From Planctomycetota bacterium (GTDB lineage Bacteria; Planctomycetota; UBA1135; UBA2386), in NCBI GenBank assembly GCA_965223545.1, contig OZ245006.1, forward strand, positions 6,720,001 to 6,784,000: a stretch of DNA of 64,000 bases. Direction: 5' to 3'. The position numbers and the translations under genes were made by a program. Positions 60,031 through 64,000 of this stretch are shown here, piece after piece. The notes beneath the pieces were generated by a model, which was not told the origin of the DNA, did no database searches, and saw only the letters and a program-made list of their open reading frames with translations. Within the stretch, counting starts at the first letter, position 1. The number at the start of each line of letters is the position of its first letter.

Positions 60031-61074
60031 TCAGCGCCGCCGGCGGGGAGCCGTGGCGGCGTCTTCGGTCGGTGGTTGGGGCAGCTCGAGCTGCCAGTGC
60101 ACGACCAGCTTCGGCCGGCGCGCGCGCAGCGCGCGGATGCCGTCCTCCGTCACCGCGGTCCGCCACAGCCAGACTTCGCGCAGTGCGGGGAGCGCGGCCA
60201 GGGTGTCGAGGACGCCGTCGTCGACCTGGGTGCCCCAGAGGTTGAGTCGCCGCAAGTGCGCGGCGTCGCGCAGTCGCGCCACGCCCGCCGCCGTCACCGC
60301 GGTGCGGTGCAGGTCGAGACGCCACAAGTGCGGCATTCGCGCCAGCGAGCGGAGGGCCTCGTCGGTGATCGCGGTGCGGCCGAGGTCGAGGTGGCTGATG
60401 TGCGCGCGCAACGGCTGCAGAGCGTGGATGGCGTCGTCGTTGGTGTCGTCCTCGGCACCGCGGAAGGCGATCCTCAACAGCGCGGACCCGGGTTGCGCCG
60501 GGCTGATCTGAGCTCGTTGGCCCGCGGCGTCCAGCTGACTCGGGGTGGCGGGAACGAGCTCTTCGCCCAGCGCCAGCAGCGCCACCAGTGCCGCTGGTGG
60601 CACGTCGTCGGCCCTTTCTGGGCCGGCGGCGCCGCGCCAGTCGCCGAACGGTGCACCGCTCTCGATCCAAGATCGCAGAACAGTCCGGTCCACTTCATCG
60701 AGGGGGTTGCTGCTGCGCGGCATGCGTCGATCGTCGTCCGGCGGCAGGCCAGTGCGCGTGTAGAGGGGGCTCTGCTCGGGGGCGCCGGGAGTCAGCACGC
60801 TGCCCTCGGCGCCGCCACGGCGAATCCACCCGACGCCGTCGAGGCGCAGGCCACCCTTCGGTCGGCGCGCGCGGCCGCGCGCGTCGACGCCGCGGTGGCA
60901 GCGCAGGCAGGCGCGCTGCAGGATCGGCAGTACGTCGCGCTCGAAGTCCGGTGCCGCGGTCGCCGCCGCCGGTGTCGATTTGATCTGACCAACGGCGTCG
61001 CCCGCCGACCAGGCCAGTCCGCCGAGGGCCAGCGCGGCGATCGCGCGAGTGCGGTGGCGGGAATCGCGGTTCAC
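60031..61074 (-). CDS. Planctomycete cytochrome C domain + LRR protein
   Basis: FERDVLPIL..CLRCH, GGLRLD, MP, WI..GA; C-terminal LxxLxLxxTxVT repeats. Confidence 0.87.
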   Translation of the reverse strand: MNRDSRHRTRAIAALALGGLAWSAGDAVGQIKSTPAAATAAPDFERDVLPILQRACLRCHRGVDARGRARRPKGGLRLDGVGWIRRGGAEGSVLTPGAPEQSPLYTRTGLPPDDDRRMPRSSNPLDEVDRTVLRSWIESGAPFGDWRGAAGPERADDVPPAALVALLALGEELVPATPSQLDAAGQRAQISPAQPGSALLRIAFRGAEDDTNDDAIHALQPLRAHISHLDLGRTAITDEALRSLARMPHLWRLDLHRTAVTAAGVARLRDAAHLRRLNLWGTQVDDGVLDTLAALPALREVWLWRTAVTEDGIRALRARRPKLVVHWQLELPQPPTEDAATAPRRRR

Positions 61075-62411
61075 GCCAACAACCCCGGCACCGGAATGCC
61101 CTTGTGCGCGACCTGGAACGGTCGGCCGTCGCCCGACAGCAGCACCCAGTCGGTGCGCAGGCCGAGCGCGTGCGCGATGGTGGCGTTGAAGTCGGGCACG
61201 CTGACGCGGCCGTCGATCACCGCGCTGCCGGTCGCGTCGGTCTCGCCGTAGCGCTGTCCACCGCGCACGCCGCCACCGGCCAACAGGCAGCTGTAGGCCT
61301 GCGGGTGGTGGTCGCGCCCGTCGCGCCCGGCGGCGATCTTTGGCGTGCGGCCGAACTCGGTGGCGAGCACCACCAGGGTCTCGTCGAGGAGCCCGCGCGC
61401 CTCGAGGTCGAGCAACAGCGAGGCCAGCGCGCGGTCCAGCGCCGGCGCCTTTTCCTCCAGCGTCTCGAAGTTGTCGTTGTGCGTGTCCCAGCCGTCGTCG
61501 ACCACCTCGACGAAGCGGACGCCGTGCTCGACCAGGCGCCGCGCCAAGAGGCAGCCCTGGCCAAAGCGATCGCGGCCGTAGGCGTCGCGCGTGCGCTCGT
61601 CCTCTTCTGCCAGCTCGAACGCGCGCAGGTCGCGCGATTGCATCAGCCGGACGGCCTGGTCGTAGACCTCGGCGTAGCTGCGCACCGCCTTGCTGCGGTA
61701 CTGCGCGGCAAACCGGTCGTTCATCTGCTGCAGCCGGGCCAGCCGCCGGTGGAAGGTCTCGTCACTGACGTCACGCGGCGGCCGGCTGTGCTGCAGGCCC
61801 GCCTCCGGATCGCCGATCGGCAGCGGGTGGTGGGCGGTTTCGAGAAAGCCCCCGGAAGCACTGAAGATGTCGCCGCCGATGGTGACGTGGGGAGGCAGGC
61901 TCGGGTGGATCGCGCCGGCCATGCGCGAGGCCCACGCGCCCATGCTCGGGTGGCGCACGGTGCCGCGCATCTCGTAGCTGGTGTGCAAGTAGTAGCGGCC
62001 CTGCGCGTGCGCGCCCTGCGTCGTGTTCATGCCGCTGACCACGCAGACGCGGTCCATCAGCCGCGCCAGGTTGGTGAAGTGGCTGGCGATCCGGACTCCG
62101 GCGACGTTGGTGTCGATGGTCTCGGTCGGTCCCTGCCCCGCGCTGCCGGGTTTGGGATCGAACGTGTCGAGATGCGACATGCCGCCGCTCATGTAGAGGT
62201 AGATCACGCTGCGCGCCGTCGCCGGCCGCAACGCGGGTGCTGTCGCGTCCTGCGGTCGCGGTCGGCGGGCGGGATCCTGCGCCGCGAGCGCAACCAGCCA
62301 GGGCATACCCCCGACGCCGAGTGCGCGGTGCGCCACCGACGACAAGAACGCTCGCCGGTCGGCGAGGTCGGTCGAGCGCGGCAAGAACGCGCGGCGGGCA
62401 GAGTGCGTCAT
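61071..62411 (-). CDS. DUF1501 domain protein
   Basis: DRRAFL, GGMSHLDTFDPK, LARRLVEHGVRFV, WDTH, EFGRTP, GRDHH. Confidence 0.93.
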   Translation of the reverse strand: MTHSARRAFLPRSTDLADRRAFLSSVAHRALGVGGMPWLVALAAQDPARRPRPQDATAPALRPATARSVIYLYMSGGMSHLDTFDPKPGSAGQGPTETIDTNVAGVRIASHFTNLARLMDRVCVVSGMNTTQGAHAQGRYYLHTSYEMRGTVRHPSMGAWASRMAGAIHPSLPPHVTIGGDIFSASGGFLETAHHPLPIGDPEAGLQHSRPPRDVSDETFHRRLARLQQMNDRFAAQYRSKAVRSYAEVYDQAVRLMQSRDLRAFELAEEDERTRDAYGRDRFGQGCLLARRLVEHGVRFVEVVDDGWDTHNDNFETLEEKAPALDRALASLLLDLEARGLLDETLVVLATEFGRTPKIAAGRDGRDHHPQAYSCLLAGGGVRGGQRYGETDATGSAVIDGRVSVPDFNATIAHALGLRTDWVLLSGDGRPFQVAHKGIPVPGLLA

Positions 62412-64000
62412 CGCCAGAACCTGAACTCGTGGCTGTTGGTGACCGTCCAGACCAGGTCGCGCATCGCCGCCGCCGGGTCGCGGTCGAAATCGTCCCGCCA
62501 CCACGCGCGCTCTTCGTCGACCGGCGGCCGCGCCAGCGCAGCGCGGTAGACGGTGGTGAGGATGGTGTCGCGGTCTTCGGGGTTCGGCCGCCGGGGCAGC
62601 GCGCGCAGCAGCGCGCTGCCCGAGCGCAGCAGATAGCGCTCGACGATGCCGTTGAGCAGGGTGAGCACCTGGGGCACGTTGCCCTCTCGTATCGCCGCGT
62701 CGATGGTCTCGCGATCCGACTGGCCCAGCTGCGCCAGGAAGTGCGCCGGCGGCGCGGGGGACGGCAGGTCCGAAGCGCGGCGCAGCTCGCGGGGTGGTGG
62801 CAGCGCGGCGGTCCGCGCGGCGATCTCTTCGCGCACCGCCGCGACGCGCGACCGGTCGCGTGTACGGCGGGCCTCGGCCAGGTCGCTGCGCAGTGCGCGC
62901 AGCCCGCGGAGCGCGGCGGTGCGCTCCTCGTTCTGGGTCGCCGCGCGGGCCCGGCGCGCAGCGGTGCGTTCGCGGCGGTAGCGCGCGGGGTCCGTGTAGC
63001 GCACGGCTTCCTCGGCGGCCAGCGCGCGCAGGCCCGCGACGTCGAGACCGGCGAGCTCCTCGAAGCGATCGTAGATCTCGCCGGCGCCCTCGTCCGGTGC
63101 GGCGAGGTGCCGGTCGGGTTCCCCGACCGCCAGGGTGACGATGGAATCCCACAGCTGCTCGGCCGTCAGCCGGCGCTGCACAGGTCCTTGGAAGCGATAG
63201 GGGTGCGCGCCCTCGCCCGGGTAGGCACTGCGCTGGTAGGCCTCGGTGTAGAACAAGACTCGCTGCAGCTGTGACAGATCGTAGCCCAGCTCGAACGTGG
63301 TCTGCTCGAGGACGGTCAGCAGCGCGGGGTGGGTGATCTCGGTCGCCGCGGTGATGTCGTCGACCGGCTCGAACAAGCCGCGGCCGAACACCCGCCGCCA
63401 GATGCGGTTGGCGATCACGCGGGTGAAGCGCGGATTGTCGGGCGAGGTCAGCCAGTCGGCGAGCGCGGCGCGGGTGTCGGCCTCGGCGAAGCCGGCCGGT
63501 CGGTTGGCGCGTCGTCCGCGCCGCCGGGCCGGCGCGCGGTTGCCCGCCGGCGGCAGTGCCAGCGGCACCGCGTCGCCGAACGGAGTTGCCGCTGCCAGCA
63601 GGGTGCCACCGTCCTCGCCGTCCGCGTCGGTCGCCGGCAGCCGGAGGCGCCCACTGCCGCTGCCATCGATGCCGCTGGTCAGTCCGCGCAGCGCGCGGCG
63701 CAGGCCGCGGGCGTGCTCTGGCTGATCGCGCCGCAGCTCGCGGTCGAGGATGCGCAGCCCTGGGCGGGGCACTCCGAGTCCGCCGTTGTGCTGGTAGCGC
63801 AGATCGCCGGTGAACGCCGCCAGCTGGTAGAAGTCGCGCTGCGTCCACGGCTCGAACGGGTGGTCGTGGCACTGCGCGCACTCGAGCCGCGTGCCGAGGA
63901 ACGCGCGCGCCGTGTTGGCCATGTTGTCGAGCGGCATGCCGCGGTCGCGCAGGTAGTAGCCGGTGGCGCCGTTGTCCCGCGCATGCGCGGGCCCGTTGGC
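62408..64000 (-). CDS. DUF1549/DUF1553 domain protein, 5' partial
   Basis: CAQCHDHPF, NPRFTRVIANRIW, GLFEPVDD, HPALL, EQLWDS, EF at the C-terminus. Confidence 0.9.
   Translation of the reverse strand, partial: ANGPAHARDNGATGYYLRDRGMPLDNMANTARAFLGTRLECAQCHDHPFEPWTQRDFYQLAAFTGDLRYQHNGGLGVPRPGLRILDRELRRDQPEHARGLRRALRGLTSGIDGSGSGRLRLPATDADGEDGGTLLAAATPFGDAVPLALPPAGNRAPARRRGRRANRPAGFAEADTRAALADWLTSPDNPRFTRVIANRIWRRVFGRGLFEPVDDITAATEITHPALLTVLEQTTFELGYDLSQLQRVLFYTEAYQRSAYPGEGAHPYRFQGPVQRRLTAEQLWDSIVTLAVGEPDRHLAAPDEGAGEIYDRFEELAGLDVAGLRALAAEEAVRYTDPARYRRERTAARRARAATQNEERTAALRGLRALRSDLAEARRTRDRSRVAAVREEIAARTAALPPPRELRRASDLPSPAPPAHFLAQLGQSDRETIDAAIREGNVPQVLTLLNGIVERYLLRSGSALLRALPRRPNPEDRDTILTTVYRAALARPPVDEERAWWRDDFDRDPAAAMRDLVWTVTNSHEFRFWR

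Noticed and set aside
1..64000. CRISPR array, rRNA, prophage
   Set aside because: No regularly spaced repeats, rRNA-like stretches or phage genes seen; the window is almost fully coding.

Overview
Very GC-rich bacterial DNA, most likely a planctomycete (two DUF1549/DUF1553 + DUF1501 loci, planctomycete cytochrome C domains, several ECF sigma factors). About 46 real CDSs; most long overlapping ORFs in the track are GC-rich shadow frames. Main contents: (1) a compact nitrite/NO reduction operon nirK(+cyt c)-FGE/NirV-like-SCO-norC(di-heme)-norB-norQ-norD, with a divergent Rrf2 regulator and nnrS; (2) next to it, a lipoprotein missed by the ORF track, with an HMA motif MT-[UGA]-GG-C followed by an fdhF-like SECIS hairpin, i.e. 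a probable selenoprotein metal chaperone; (3) five unrelated secreted proteins sharing a roughly 110-130 aa C-terminal domain that looks like a sorting or anchoring module; (4) a membrane-tethered ECF sigma fusion and two tandem ECF/LRR anti-sigma pairs; (5) a PadR cassette inserted between two ABC permease genes, with a 6-bp direct repeat at both junctions; (6) a tandem duplication that left a pseudogene fragment; (7) a RAYT-like Y1 transposase, der, and an APH-M23-aminotransferase fusion. No rRNA, tRNA or CRISPR array seen. All family calls come from motif recognition by eye, not from database searches.
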